Below are positions 36,742 to 46,239 of a stretch of 64,000 bases of DNA, one piece after another. Each line of letters begins with the position of its first letter. Positions within the stretch are counted from its first letter, which is position 1. The notes under the pieces are model-generated. The model did not search any database. It worked only from the letters and a program-made list of their open reading frames with translations, and had not been told where the DNA came from. The stretch comes from Candidatus Aldehydirespiratoraceae bacterium (GTDB lineage: Bacteria > Actinomycetota > Acidimicrobiia > Acidimicrobiales > Aldehydirespiratoraceae), in assembly GCA_965203375.1 (NCBI GenBank), contig OZ241886.1, positions 1,347,947 through 1,411,946 of the forward strand, written 5' to 3'. The translations under genes and the position numbers were made by a program.

Positions 36742-37602
36742 GTGATTGAACAAGCGGTGCCTGAGCGAGCGCCGAGGCGGAAGCCGCGGCTGCCGCGCTG
36801 GCTGCGCCATGAGAAGCCGCTGGGGCGGATTCTGGTGGTGGCCAGCGCCGTCCTGCTCTTGGTGCTCTGGGAGGCGTGGGCCCGCACCAACTCCCCGCTG
36901 ATCCTCCCCACCGTGGGCGCGGTCTCAGACCGGCTGGTGAGCTATGTCACTGCCGGCCGGGCCTGGCCCCACATCACCATCACCGTGCAGGAGATCGTGG
37001 CCGGGTTCGCCCTGGGCAGCTTCATGGGCATCGGCCTCGGCACCCTGGCCGCCCAGTTCAACATCGCCCGGCGGGTGATCATGCCCTATGTGATCATCAC
37101 CCAGGCCCTCCCCAAGTTCGCGCTGGCCCCCATCCTGGTCATCTGGTTCGGCTTCGGGATCACCCCCAAGATCATCATCGCCGCGCTGATCGCCTTCTTC
37201 CCGCTGCTGGAGAACACCTATCTGGGCCTGACCACCACCCCGGCCCTGGACCTGGAGCTGTTCCGGGCCCTGCGGGCCTCCAAGTGGACGACGCTGCTGA
37301 AGCTGCGGGCGCCCCACGCCGTCCCGGCCGTGTTCAGCGGGCTCAGGGTGGCCCTGCTGCTCAGCCTGGTCGGGGCGGTGGTGGCCGAGTACGTCGGCGC
37401 CAACAAGGGCCTGGGGGCGCTGATCATCGTCTCCCAGGGGATGCTCGACACCGAGCTGATGTTCGTGGCCTTCGTGCTGCTGACGCTGCTGGGCCTGACG
37501 CTGGACAAGCTGCACGGGCTGGCCTACGGGCTGGTCCTCCGCCGGCTCTACGGCCGGACGGCCGCCGGCGCCGGGAAGGCGGCCAGCCGTGTGTCGGTCT
37601 AG
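36742..37602 (+). CDS. ABC transporter permease (NitT/TauT family, BPD_transp_1)
   Basis: Six-TM pattern, and position directly after the ATPase. Confidence 0.85.
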   Translation: MIEQAVPERAPRRKPRLPRWLRHEKPLGRILVVASAVLLLVLWEAWARTNSPLILPTVGAVSDRLVSYVTAGRAWPHITITVQEIVAGFALGSFMGIGLGTLAAQFNIARRVIMPYVIITQALPKFALAPILVIWFGFGITPKIIIAALIAFFPLLENTYLGLTTTPALDLELFRALRASKWTTLLKLRAPHAVPAVFSGLRVALLLSLVGAVVAEYVGANKGLGALIIVSQGMLDTELMFVAFVLLTLLGLTLDKLHGLAYGLVLRRLYGRTAAGAGKAASRVSV

Positions 37603-37689
37603 GCCGGCCATGGGCTTCGGCCGTCCGTTCGGGCGCCGGTTCGGGACGGCGCCGGTTGGGGACCGCGCCGGTCTGGGGCATGGGGCGGG

Positions 37690-38676
37690 GTGATGGACTT
37701 CGGGTGGCGCGTTCCGTCCTACGCCGGGCCTTCCACCACGGCCGCCGACTCGCGGGCCATGGCGCCCTATTTCGCCGCGGTCGAGGAGCGGGGCTTCGGG
37801 GCTCTGTGGGTCATCGACCATCTGCTGGTGGCGCCCAACGTCTACTCGGTCGCCTGGCAGGACCCGCTGATAACCCTGGCCGTCGCGGCCGGAGTCACCG
37901 ATCGGATCAAGCTGGGCCCGGCCATCCTCTGCGCCCCGCTGCGCAACCCGGTCATCGCGGCCAAGCAGGTGGCCAGCCTCGATCATCTGGCCGGGGGCGG
38001 CCGGGTGATCCTGGGGGTGGGAACCGGCCACGACGAGCGGGAGTTCGCCGCCGTCGGCGTGCCCAAGGCCGAGCGGGGCCGCAGAACCGACGAGGCGCTC
38101 GAGCTGATGCGCCTGCTGCTGTCGGCCGACGATGTGTCCTTCCGGGGCCGCCACTACTGCGTCGACGGCGTCACCATCCACCCCCGGCCCCCGGCGCCGG
38201 TGCCCATCTGGATCGGCGGGGGCTCGCAGGTTCACGTGGTCGACAACGTGGACGCGCCCAACATGGCCCCCGCGGTGCTGCGCCGCATCGGCCGCTACGA
38301 GGGCTGGATATGCCGGTCCAGCGGCACCAGCCCCGAGATCATCGCCTCCGACATCGCGGCGGTGACCGGCTACCTGGCCCCCCGGCGCTCCATGGACGAC
38401 TTCACCGTCTCCCACGCCCAGTGGCTGCACATAGTGGACTCCGCCGACCGGGAGGCGGTGATCGACGAGCAGTTGCGGGCCTACCGGACGGTGATGGACG
38501 CCAAGCGGTCGGATCGGGACCTCCAACTCGCCTACCTGTTCGGGACCATCGACGAGATGATCGAGCGCATCCGGGCCATCAAGGCGTCCGGGGTGCAGCA
38601 CCTGATCGTCAACCCGGTCACCGCCGACCCCGCCCAGATCGACCTGTTCGCCTCCGAGATCATGCCCTGCGTCTGA
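37690..38676 (+). CDS. LLM-class (luciferase-like) flavin/F420-dependent oxidoreductase
   Basis: GFGALWVIDHLL, LGVGTGHDEREF, PIWIGG: a typical luciferase-like monooxygenase family pattern. Confidence 0.8.
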   Translation: MMDFGWRVPSYAGPSTTAADSRAMAPYFAAVEERGFGALWVIDHLLVAPNVYSVAWQDPLITLAVAAGVTDRIKLGPAILCAPLRNPVIAAKQVASLDHLAGGGRVILGVGTGHDEREFAAVGVPKAERGRRTDEALELMRLLLSADDVSFRGRHYCVDGVTIHPRPPAPVPIWIGGGSQVHVVDNVDAPNMAPAVLRRIGRYEGWICRSSGTSPEIIASDIAAVTGYLAPRRSMDDFTVSHAQWLHIVDSADREAVIDEQLRAYRTVMDAKRSDRDLQLAYLFGTIDEMIERIRAIKASGVQHLIVNPVTADPAQIDLFASEIMPCV

Positions 38677-38779
38677 CGCCCGCCCGAACTCCGCCCGCCT
38701 CGAACCCCGCCTGAAACGGACCGCCCCCCGAACCCGTCTGACGCCCCGCCCGCCCCCTCCAACCGAACAGCGAGGGACC

Positions 38780-39949
38780 ATGCAGCTTCTGCTCCACAAC
38801 ATCGACCGGATACTCACCGGGAGGTTCGAGGCCCCGACCCTCGACGCCGACGCCGTCGTCGTCGAGGACGGCCGCATCGCCTCCTTCGACGCGGCCGCGG
38901 CCGCCGACCCCGGAACCGTCATCGACTGCCAGCAGATGACGGTGGCCCCCGGCCTGATCGACACCCACGTCCATCCCACCCAGGGCGACTACGCGCCCAA
39001 GCAGCAGTCGGTCGGCTGGCTGGAGCGGATGGTCCACGGGGGGGTGACCCGGGTCTTCTCCGCGGGGGAGGTGCACGTGGCCGGCCGCTCCGGGGCCGAG
39101 TCGTCTCTGGCCATCGCCCTGGCCGCCCACCACTCGTTCCGGGGCGTCCAGCCGTCGGGCATGAGGGTCCACGCCGGGGCGATGCTGCTGGAGAAGGACA
39201 CCGAGCCCGGCCACATCGACCGGGCCCGGGCCGCCGGGATGGGGATCATCGGGGAGGTGGGGATCGGGTCGCTGAAGGACCCGGCCCGCGCCGGGGAACT
39301 GTCCGCCCACGCCCGGTCCCTGGGCATGGTCGTCCACATGCACTGCGGCTGCACCTCCGACCGGGGCCCCGGCGGCGACGAGCACCCCCACTTCTCGGCC
39401 GACGACGTGCTGGCGGCTCAGCCGACCATCGCCTCGCACGCCAACACCTTCGCCTCGCTGTCGGACTCCGACATCGACCGGCTCTGCGCGCCGGATGGCC
39501 CCCCCCACGTGGAGGTGGTGCAGGCCGGCGGCACCCGCTCCATGCTGCGGGTGGTGGAGGGCTTGGCCGAGCGGGGCTCGCTGGACCGCCTCCTCATCGG
39601 GACCGACACCCCCACCGGCTACGGGGTCGCCTCCCTGGGGATACTCAAGACCGTCGGCGACATCTGCTCCATGGCCGGCGTGGCCCCCGAGCTGGGCTGG
39701 GCCATCGCCTCGGGGCAGGGGGCCCGGGCCTTCGGCGTCGCCGGGAACGTGATCGAAGTCGGGGCCCCCGCCGACTTGGTGGTGATGGACGCGTCGCTGG
39801 GCTCGGTCTGCGGCTCGGCGGTCGAGGCCATCGCCGCCGGCGAGTTCCCCGGCATAGCCGCGGTGATCACCGACGGCCGACTGCGGGTGGAGGGCTCGCT
39901 GTGCACGCTGCGGTCCCGGCGGGTCGCCGGCGTCGAAACCGCCCCGTGA
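38780..39949 (+). CDS. amidohydrolase-family metallohydrolase
   Basis: APGLIDTHVHP metal-binding motif and overall amidohydrolase layout. Confidence 0.75.
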   Translation: MQLLLHNIDRILTGRFEAPTLDADAVVVEDGRIASFDAAAAADPGTVIDCQQMTVAPGLIDTHVHPTQGDYAPKQQSVGWLERMVHGGVTRVFSAGEVHVAGRSGAESSLAIALAAHHSFRGVQPSGMRVHAGAMLLEKDTEPGHIDRARAAGMGIIGEVGIGSLKDPARAGELSAHARSLGMVVHMHCGCTSDRGPGGDEHPHFSADDVLAAQPTIASHANTFASLSDSDIDRLCAPDGPPHVEVVQAGGTRSMLRVVEGLAERGSLDRLLIGTDTPTGYGVASLGILKTVGDICSMAGVAPELGWAIASGQGARAFGVAGNVIEVGAPADLVVMDASLGSVCGSAVEAIAAGEFPGIAAVITDGRLRVEGSLCTLRSRRVAGVETAP

Positions 39950-39963
39950 GCCCGGCCCGAGGC

Positions 39964-40068
39964 GAGTCCGACGGCTCGGCTTGCGGCTCGCCCGGGGGTG
40001 TGTCCGACGGCTCGGCTTGCGGCTCGCCCGGGGGTGTGTCCGACGGCTCGGCTTGCGGCTCGCCCGGG
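39964..40068 (+). repeat. 36-bp tandem repeat x3 (12-aa unit G(E/V)SDGSACGSPG)
   Basis: Units at 39964, 40000 and 40036 (last partial). Units 2 and 3 each carry an in-frame GTG. Confidence 0.9.
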
Positions 40069-41232
40069 CCGCTGACCGGGCTGGTGGTGGCCGACTTCTC
40101 CCGCATCCTGGCCGGGCCGCTGGCCACCATGATGCTGGGCGACCTCGGCGCCGAGGTGATCAAGGTCGAGCGGCCCGGCGCGGGCGACGACACCCGGTCC
40201 TGGGGACCGCCCTTCGCCGAGGACGGCTTCAGCGCCTACTACCTGTCGGTCAACCGCAACAAGCGCAGCATCGCCCTCGACCTCGGCGACGAGCGCCAGC
40301 GGGCCCGGGCCCGGGAGCTGGTTCGGGCCGCGGACGTGGTGATCGAGAACTTCCGGGCCGGGACCATGGAGCGGTTCGGGCTGGACTACGAATCGTCGAA
40401 GGCGGACAACCCGGGCCTCATCTACTGCCGCATCAGCGGCTTCGGCAACGGCGCGGGCCGCGACCTCCCGGGCTACGACTTCCTGGTCCAGGCCCTGAGC
40501 GGCCTGATGAGCATCACCGGCCACCCCGACGGCCCGCCGATGAAGACCGGAGTGGCCATCGTCGATGTGCTCACCGGGCTCCACGCCGCCGTCGGCGTGC
40601 TGGCCGCGGTGGCCGAGCGGCAGCGCAGCGGCTTGGGCCAGCGCTTGGAGGTGAACCTGTTCTCCTCGGCGCTGGCCTCGCTGGCGAACCAGGCCTCCAG
40701 CTTCCTCACCGCCGGGAGCGTGCCTGCCCGGATGAGCAATCAGCACCCCAGCGTCGCCCCCTATGAGACGCTGGCCACGGCCACCGGCCCCATCGTGATC
40801 GCGGTGGGCAACGACAGCCAGTTCCGCAACCTGTGCGCCGCCCTGGGCCGCCCCGACCTGGCCGCGGATGACCGCTGGGCGTCCAACGCGGGCCGGGTCC
40901 GGCACCGGGACGAGCTGGTGGCCGAGCTGGAGGCCGCTCTGGGCGAGCGCCCGGGCGAGGACTGGGTGGGGGTGCTGCGCGGCCACGAGATCCCCTGCGG
41001 GGCGGTCCAGGACATCTCTGAGGCGTTCGAGCTGGCCGACCGGCTGGGCCTGGACCCGGTCCGGCGCCTGGTTCGAGACGACGGCGCCGGGGTGGCGGGC
41101 GTGGCCAACCCGATCACCCTGTCGCGGACCCCGGCCTCCTACCGGCTGGCCCCGCCCGGGCTGGGGGCCGACACCGACCGGGTGCTCGAATGGCTCGATT
41201 CCCGGCCCGGCCCCGCCGGAGCGGTTGAGTAG
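40036..41232 (+). CDS. family III CoA-transferase (CaiB/BaiF)
   Basis: LTGLVVADFSRILAGPLATMMLGDLGAEVIKVERP is the typical N-terminus. Start is uncertain: GTG 40036, GTG 40000 or the ORF-track 39901. Confidence 0.85.
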   Translation: MSDGSACGSPGPLTGLVVADFSRILAGPLATMMLGDLGAEVIKVERPGAGDDTRSWGPPFAEDGFSAYYLSVNRNKRSIALDLGDERQRARARELVRAADVVIENFRAGTMERFGLDYESSKADNPGLIYCRISGFGNGAGRDLPGYDFLVQALSGLMSITGHPDGPPMKTGVAIVDVLTGLHAAVGVLAAVAERQRSGLGQRLEVNLFSSALASLANQASSFLTAGSVPARMSNQHPSVAPYETLATATGPIVIAVGNDSQFRNLCAALGRPDLAADDRWASNAGRVRHRDELVAELEAALGERPGEDWVGVLRGHEIPCGAVQDISEAFELADRLGLDPVRRLVRDDGAGVAGVANPITLSRTPASYRLAPPGLGADTDRVLEWLDSRPGPAGAVE

Positions 41233-41313
41233 GTTGAGCCCCGTGACCCGGCGAGTTCGAGCGGCCCGAGACGACGCGCATCGAGTGGGGATGTCCAGAG
41301 GGGGCTTTCGGTC

Positions 41314-41988
41314 GTGATCGGCAGGTTCGAGCGGCCCAAAACCGCGCAGGAGGCGGTGCTGCTGGAGATCCGCCAGCGCCTGCTTGACGGCCGGCTCCGG
41401 CCCAGCTCCGCCATCCGCCCCGACGCCCTGGGCAGCGAGCTGGGGGTGTCGGCCGTCCCGGTCCGCGAGGCGCTGAGGATACTCGAAGGGGAGGGGCAGG
41501 TGAGCTACCGCCCCCACCGGGGCTATCTGGTCGCCGAGCTCGACATCGGGGACCTGAGGGAGATCTACCGGATCCGTGATCTGCTGGAGGCCGAGGCGGT
41601 GCGGGGTGCGGTGGGGGAGCTGCAGCCCGAGGACATCGAGCGCATGCGCGACGCCATGCTGGAGATGGAGAGCGTCGAGTCCGACATCGTCGGGCTCACC
41701 GCCGCCAACCGGCGGTTCCACTTCACGCTGCTCGAAGCGGCCCAGATGCCCCACCTCAACCGCTTGATCCGCGGGCTGTGGGACTCGTCGGACCCGTACC
41801 GGTCCCACTACTTCATGCGGCCCCAGAACCGCAAGCGGGTTTTTGAGGAGCACCGGCGCATCCTGGACGCGGTGGAGGCCGGCGACGCCGACCTCATCAT
41901 CGAGGAGCTGGCCGTACACCGCCAGAACGCGGTGGCCGAGTTCGAAGCCGGCCTGATGCCGATCTCGGACGCACTGAAGGCCACTTAG
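41314..41988 (+). CDS. GntR-family transcriptional regulator (FadR/FCD subfamily)
   Basis: Winged HTH LGSELGVSAVPVREALRILEGEGQVSYRPHRGYLVA plus a helical FCD-like C-terminus. Confidence 0.85.
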   Translation: MIGRFERPKTAQEAVLLEIRQRLLDGRLRPSSAIRPDALGSELGVSAVPVREALRILEGEGQVSYRPHRGYLVAELDIGDLREIYRIRDLLEAEAVRGAVGELQPEDIERMRDAMLEMESVESDIVGLTAANRRFHFTLLEAAQMPHLNRLIRGLWDSSDPYRSHYFMRPQNRKRVFEEHRRILDAVEAGDADLIIEELAVHRQNAVAEFEAGLMPISDALKAT

Positions 41989-42019
41989 ATCTGAGACCTG
42001 CCAGACCGCGGGGAATGTC

Positions 42020-42100
42020 CCGGCCGGCGGGTCCTGTCACGGGCGCGGATTTCGCCGACAAGCGGCGAAATCCTTGCCCCCGTGCCACCCCCCGGCCTGG
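42020..42100 (+). repeat. REP/MITE-like element, copy 3
   Basis: Nearly identical to 31004-31083. Located about 30 nt after the GntR stop. Confidence 0.85.
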
Positions 42101-42114
42101 GGGTGTGCTCTTTG

Positions 42115-43797
42115 TCAGTCGATCTGGCCTAGGAGGTCACGGCGGCGCTGGTCGATCTTGGTCCGCAGGGGGGGGAACACCTCCTCGGGGTCGATGGCCA
42201 CTGACAGTAGCACCGGTCCTGGCGCGTTCATGGCCCACTGGATGGCTTCGTCTAGGTCGGCGGCCTCGGTGACCGAGCGGGATTCGATGCCGCAGGCTCG
42301 CGCGTAGGCGGCGAAGTCGATGGGGGCCAGGCGGACGCAGTGGTCCTCGCCGTACATGGCCTCGGCTTGGTGGCGCAGGATGCCCAGCGCCCCGTCCACG
42401 AACACCACCGCCGCCACCGGAAGCCCCAGCTCGGCGGCCACCGCCAGCTCGCCCATGGTGTGGGTGAAGCCACCGTCGCCGGCGATGGCCACCACCTTGG
42501 CGCCGGGCAGGGCGGCCGAGGCGCCGATGGCCGCGGGCAGGCTGAAGCCCATGGCGTCGAACTCGCAGGACTGCAAGAGGCCGTCGGGCCGCCTGACGTC
42601 GAGCTGGTCGCAGACCCACAGGCGATGGTTGCCGATGTCGGCGGCCACCACCGCGTCGCCGGGGGAGCGGGCGTTCAGCGCCCGCATCACCTCGGCCGCG
42701 CTCAGGCCCCGGGCCGGGTCGTTCTGGGGCGGCGTCGGCTCCGCCCTCCGCCCGAACCACGGCCGGCGGGGCCCGCCTTCTTCGGCCAGGGCGCCGGCCA
42801 GGGCATCGATGAGGGCCCCGGCGTCGGCGGCCACCCCCTGGTCGAGCCGGTAGACCCGGTTGAGCTGGGACGGGTCGGCGTCGGCCTGGACCAGCTCGGC
42901 GCCGCCGGCGAACAGGTCGGCGCGCCACCCGAAGGTGGTCTGCTCGCCCAGGGCGCAGCCCAGCACCAGCACCAGGTCGGCCCCGCCCACCGCGGCCCGG
43001 GCGGCCTCGGCCCCGTAGAAGCCGAGCATCCCGACGCTGAGGGCGTGTCCGGTGGGGATGGCGCCGATGCCCGACCGGCTGGTGGCCACCGGCGCCCCCA
43101 GCCTCTCGGCCAGGGCCGCCAGGCCGGAGGCGGCCCCGGCGCGGAGGACGCCGTGACCGGCCAGGATGGCGGGCTTGCGGCACCGGCCGATCCGGCCCGC
43201 CAGCTCCTCTATGTGGGCCTCGGCGGGCCGGCCCTGCGCCGGGGCGCAGACCGGGGGCGGGTCGGCGGCCCGGGCCGTCTCGGCCTGGAGGTTCTGGGGT
43301 ATGGCGACGTGGACCGGCCCGGGCCGCCCCGAGGCGGCGAGCTGAAGGCTCGTGGCCAGCAGGCTCGGGATCTCCTCGACCGAGGCGGCCTGCGCCGACC
43401 GCTTGCAGAAAGGCTCGAACAAGGCGACGTTGTCGCAGTACTGCAAGATGTTGCGGTTGGTGTAGCGCCGGTCGACCTGGGCGGTGAGCACCAGCAGGGG
43501 TATGGAGTCGGCTGAGGCGTTGGCCACCGCGGTGACCAGGTTCGTCGCCCCCGGCCCCGGGGCGCCGGAGAGCACCGCGCCGGGCCGCCCGGTCACCAGG
43601 GCCCAGCCCGAGGCCATGTAGCCCGCGCCCTGCTCGTGGCGGGCGGCCACGACCCTGAGGCCGTCGAGGCGGCCCATCTCGTGATAAGCGGGCAGGAAGT
43701 GGCCGCCGGCCACGGTGAACACCGTGTCGACCCCCGCCTGCCGGAGCGCCAGGGCCATGGCCCGGCGCCCGGTCAGCTCCTCGGCCGGTTCCCTCAC
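42115..43797 (-). CDS. thiamine-pyrophosphate-dependent enzyme (acetolactate synthase large-subunit-like)
   Basis: N-terminal TPP_enzyme_N pattern (VDTVFTVAGGHFLP...ARHEQGAGYMASGWA) and a C-terminal TPP-binding GDGGF motif. Confidence 0.85.
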   Translation of the reverse strand: MREPAEELTGRRAMALALRQAGVDTVFTVAGGHFLPAYHEMGRLDGLRVVAARHEQGAGYMASGWALVTGRPGAVLSGAPGPGATNLVTAVANASADSIPLLVLTAQVDRRYTNRNILQYCDNVALFEPFCKRSAQAASVEEIPSLLATSLQLAASGRPGPVHVAIPQNLQAETARAADPPPVCAPAQGRPAEAHIEELAGRIGRCRKPAILAGHGVLRAGAASGLAALAERLGAPVATSRSGIGAIPTGHALSVGMLGFYGAEAARAAVGGADLVLVLGCALGEQTTFGWRADLFAGGAELVQADADPSQLNRVYRLDQGVAADAGALIDALAGALAEEGGPRRPWFGRRAEPTPPQNDPARGLSAAEVMRALNARSPGDAVVAADIGNHRLWVCDQLDVRRPDGLLQSCEFDAMGFSLPAAIGASAALPGAKVVAIAGDGGFTHTMGELAVAAELGLPVAAVVFVDGALGILRHQAEAMYGEDHCVRLAPIDFAAYARACGIESRSVTEAADLDEAIQWAMNAPGPVLLSVAIDPEEVFPPLRTKIDQRRRDLLGQID

Positions 43798-43825
43798 TGA
43801 CCCTCCCTCGCCGGTCTCTCGCTCA

Positions 43826-43854
43826 TTGACTCACCAAAGAATATTGTCTATCAA
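43826..43854 (+). promoter_or_regulatory. promoter-like element in AT-rich divergent intergenic region
   Basis: TTGACT (43826-43831), 17-nt spacer, TATCAA (43849-43854). Shares AGAATAT and TATCAAAT strings with the AT-rich patch at 34700-34740. Confidence 0.3.
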
Positions 43855-44017
43855 ATATCGTGGCGGCCGTTCGGAGCCCGGCTGTCAGCTTCCGACCCGA
43901 TGGAGGGCGATCCCTGCCAAGCGGTGTCGGGCACGGGCAGATTGAGGCCCGGCTGTCGGCAGTCCGACCCCGGGGGTGCGGCTCCGCCCGGTTCGGTCGG
44001 GGTACGATCGTCAGGGC

Positions 44018-45349
44018 ATGACCCCGCGACGGCACCGGCGTTTTCGAGTTCGGCCGCTTCGGCCCCCGATCCTCGTGCTGGTATTGAGCGCGGTCGCGGT
44101 TCTGGCCGCATCCTCGGTGGCGCCGGCGAACAGTCATCGGGAGCGCATCGACGAGCGCCGCCGCCAGCAGCAGGAGCTCCGCGACCAGCAGGCCGAGCTG
44201 GCCCGCCAGAAGGCCGAGGCGGCCTCCGGCATCGACGCCCTGAATGCCGACGACCAGAGCCTGACCGACGCCCTGGCCGACTTGGACCGCTTTCTGGCTC
44301 TGCAGGAGTCGTACATCACCAGCGCCGAGCTGCTGATCGCCCAGCACGAGGCCGAGGCTGCCGCGGCCCGGATCGAGGCCGAGCGTCTAGCCGACGAGAT
44401 CGAGTCCATTCGAGAGCAGCTTCGCCGACGGGCCATCGACGCTTTCGTGCAGCCCCCCGACCATGTCGTGGACCCGCTGGCCAGCGAGGATTTCGGCGAG
44501 ACGGCCCGGCGCGAGTACCTGCTCAACCAGGTCATCGGCGACGGGCTGGAGATCGTGGACCGACTCCGCGTGGCCGAGTCGGCGCTGGAGGAGGCCCGCC
44601 GCGACGCCTTCGGTCAGGCGGCCGCGGCCGCCGCCGAGCGCGAGGCCCAGAGTCAGCGCCTGGCCGAGCTGCAGCAGACCCAGATTGATGCCGAGAGGCT
44701 GCGGGAGGAGATCCAAGACCGGATAGCCGACCTAGTGCAGCAGGGCGAGGCCATCGACGTCGCCGATGCGGACATGGCCCGGGAGATCCAGACCCTCGAG
44801 GCTGAGATCGCCGACATCGAGGAGGCCGAGCGCCGCCGCAGGGCCGAGGAAGAGCGCCGCAAGCGGGCCGAGGAAGCGCGCAAGCGCCGGGAGGCGGAGG
44901 AGGCCCGGCGCCGGGCGGAGGAGGCGGCGCGCCGGGAAGAGGCCGGGCAGAACCCCGGCGAGTTCTTTCTGGTGAACTGGCCCGCGTCCGGCCCCGTGGT
45001 GTCGGGCTTCGGGCCCCGGATCCACCCGATTTTCGGCGTCAAGCGCAACCACAACGGGATCGACATCGACGGCGACACCGGCGACCCGGTCCGGGCCGTC
45101 CTCATCGGGGAGGTGGTCATCGCCGGGTGGCGCAACGGATTCGGCAACACGGTGGTGCTCAACCACTTCGACGGCTACACCACCCTCTACGCCCATCTGA
45201 GCAAGATCTCGGTGTCGGTTGGCCAAGAGGTGGATCACGGTGAGCGCATCGGCTCGGTCGGGTCCACCGGATGGTCCACCGGCCCCCACCTGCACTTCGA
45301 GATACGCATCAACGGCAGAGCGGTGAACCCCATGCCCTACATGCCTTGA
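44018..45349 (+). CDS. M23-family metallopeptidase with N-terminal signal/TM and long coiled coil
   Basis: HNGIDI and GPHLHFEI motifs, plus extensive Glu/Arg/Ala-rich coiled coil. ATG 44018 is followed by a signal-like segment. Confidence 0.85.
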   Translation: MTPRRHRRFRVRPLRPPILVLVLSAVAVLAASSVAPANSHRERIDERRRQQQELRDQQAELARQKAEAASGIDALNADDQSLTDALADLDRFLALQESYITSAELLIAQHEAEAAAARIEAERLADEIESIREQLRRRAIDAFVQPPDHVVDPLASEDFGETARREYLLNQVIGDGLEIVDRLRVAESALEEARRDAFGQAAAAAAEREAQSQRLAELQQTQIDAERLREEIQDRIADLVQQGEAIDVADADMAREIQTLEAEIADIEEAERRRRAEEERRKRAEEARKRREAEEARRRAEEAARREEAGQNPGEFFLVNWPASGPVVSGFGPRIHPIFGVKRNHNGIDIDGDTGDPVRAVLIGEVVIAGWRNGFGNTVVLNHFDGYTTLYAHLSKISVSVGQEVDHGERIGSVGSTGWSTGPHLHFEIRINGRAVNPMPYMP

Positions 45350-45500
45350 TGGCCGACCGCTGTTTGCCCTCCGCCGGGGGGCGAACACCACCCCGGCGAG
45401 CAAGCCCTACATGCCTTGATGGCTGCCCGCTGTTTGCCTCCTGCCGGGGGCGAACATCACCCTGGCGAGCATGCCCTGCATGCCTTGATGACCACCCGAT
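45335..45500 (+). repeat. 69-70-bp tandem repeat (about 2.4 units) beginning inside the M23 gene 3' end
   Basis: CCCTACATGCCTTGATGG at 45335 and 45405, with variant CCCTGCATGCCTTGATGA at 45474. Each unit contains a hairpin GTTTGCCC...GGGCGAAC. Confidence 0.85.
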
Positions 45501-45546
45501 GCCTGAGTTCTGCAGGCCCTGAATCGCCTGTCCTTGAGTCTCGGCT

Positions 45547-46212
45547 TTGAGCGCTGCTTCGATTCCCGAACGCCGGGCCCTGGTGATCGCGGCCTGCGAC
45601 CCGGCCGGCGATGAGCCCCGGCTGGACTCCGGCGGCGCCGGGGTGTTCGACCTGGTGATCGCGGCCGACGGCGGCGTGGACGTCGCCCGGCGGTTGAGGC
45701 GGCCGGTGAATCTGGTGGTGGGCGATCTCGACTCGGCCAGCCCCGGCGGCCTGGATTGGGCCCGGTCCTGTGGCGCCCGCATTGAGCGCCATCCGGCGGC
45801 CAAGGACTCCACCGACTTGGAGCTGGCCCTGGCCCGGGCCTGCGCCGAGGCCGAGTCCGTTCACGTGATCGGTTCCCTGTGGGGCCGGGTCGATCACGCC
45901 GCCGCCGGCCTGGCCGTGCTGGCTTCGGATCGCTGGTCTCATGCCGCGGTCTCGGCCAGCATCGACGGGGCCCGCGTCGACGTGGTGCGGGGCCGCCGGG
46001 CCCTGGGGGGCCGGGCCGGAGAGTTGCTGTCGCTGGTGGCCGTGGGCGGGCCGGCCCGGGTGACGACCACCGGACTGGAGTATCCGCTGGAAGGAAGCCT
46101 CCTCGACCCGGCCGAGGCCAGGGGCATCTCCAACGTGATCGTCGCCCCACCCCCAGTCGTTGAGGTCTCATCCGGCGCAGTGCTGGCCATCCGCCCCCTC
46201 ACCCCGCCCTGA
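45547..46212 (+). CDS. thiamine diphosphokinase
   Basis: VIAADGG...VVGDLDS...KDSTDLELAL pattern of thiamine pyrophosphokinase. Start (TTG 45547) is uncertain. Confidence 0.7.
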   Translation: MSAASIPERRALVIAACDPAGDEPRLDSGGAGVFDLVIAADGGVDVARRLRRPVNLVVGDLDSASPGGLDWARSCGARIERHPAAKDSTDLELALARACAEAESVHVIGSLWGRVDHAAAGLAVLASDRWSHAAVSASIDGARVDVVRGRRALGGRAGELLSLVAVGGPARVTTTGLEYPLEGSLLDPAEARGISNVIVAPPPVVEVSSGAVLAIRPLTPP

Positions 46213-46239
46213 CCTCCGACCGGGGAGGCCGCCACCCGT

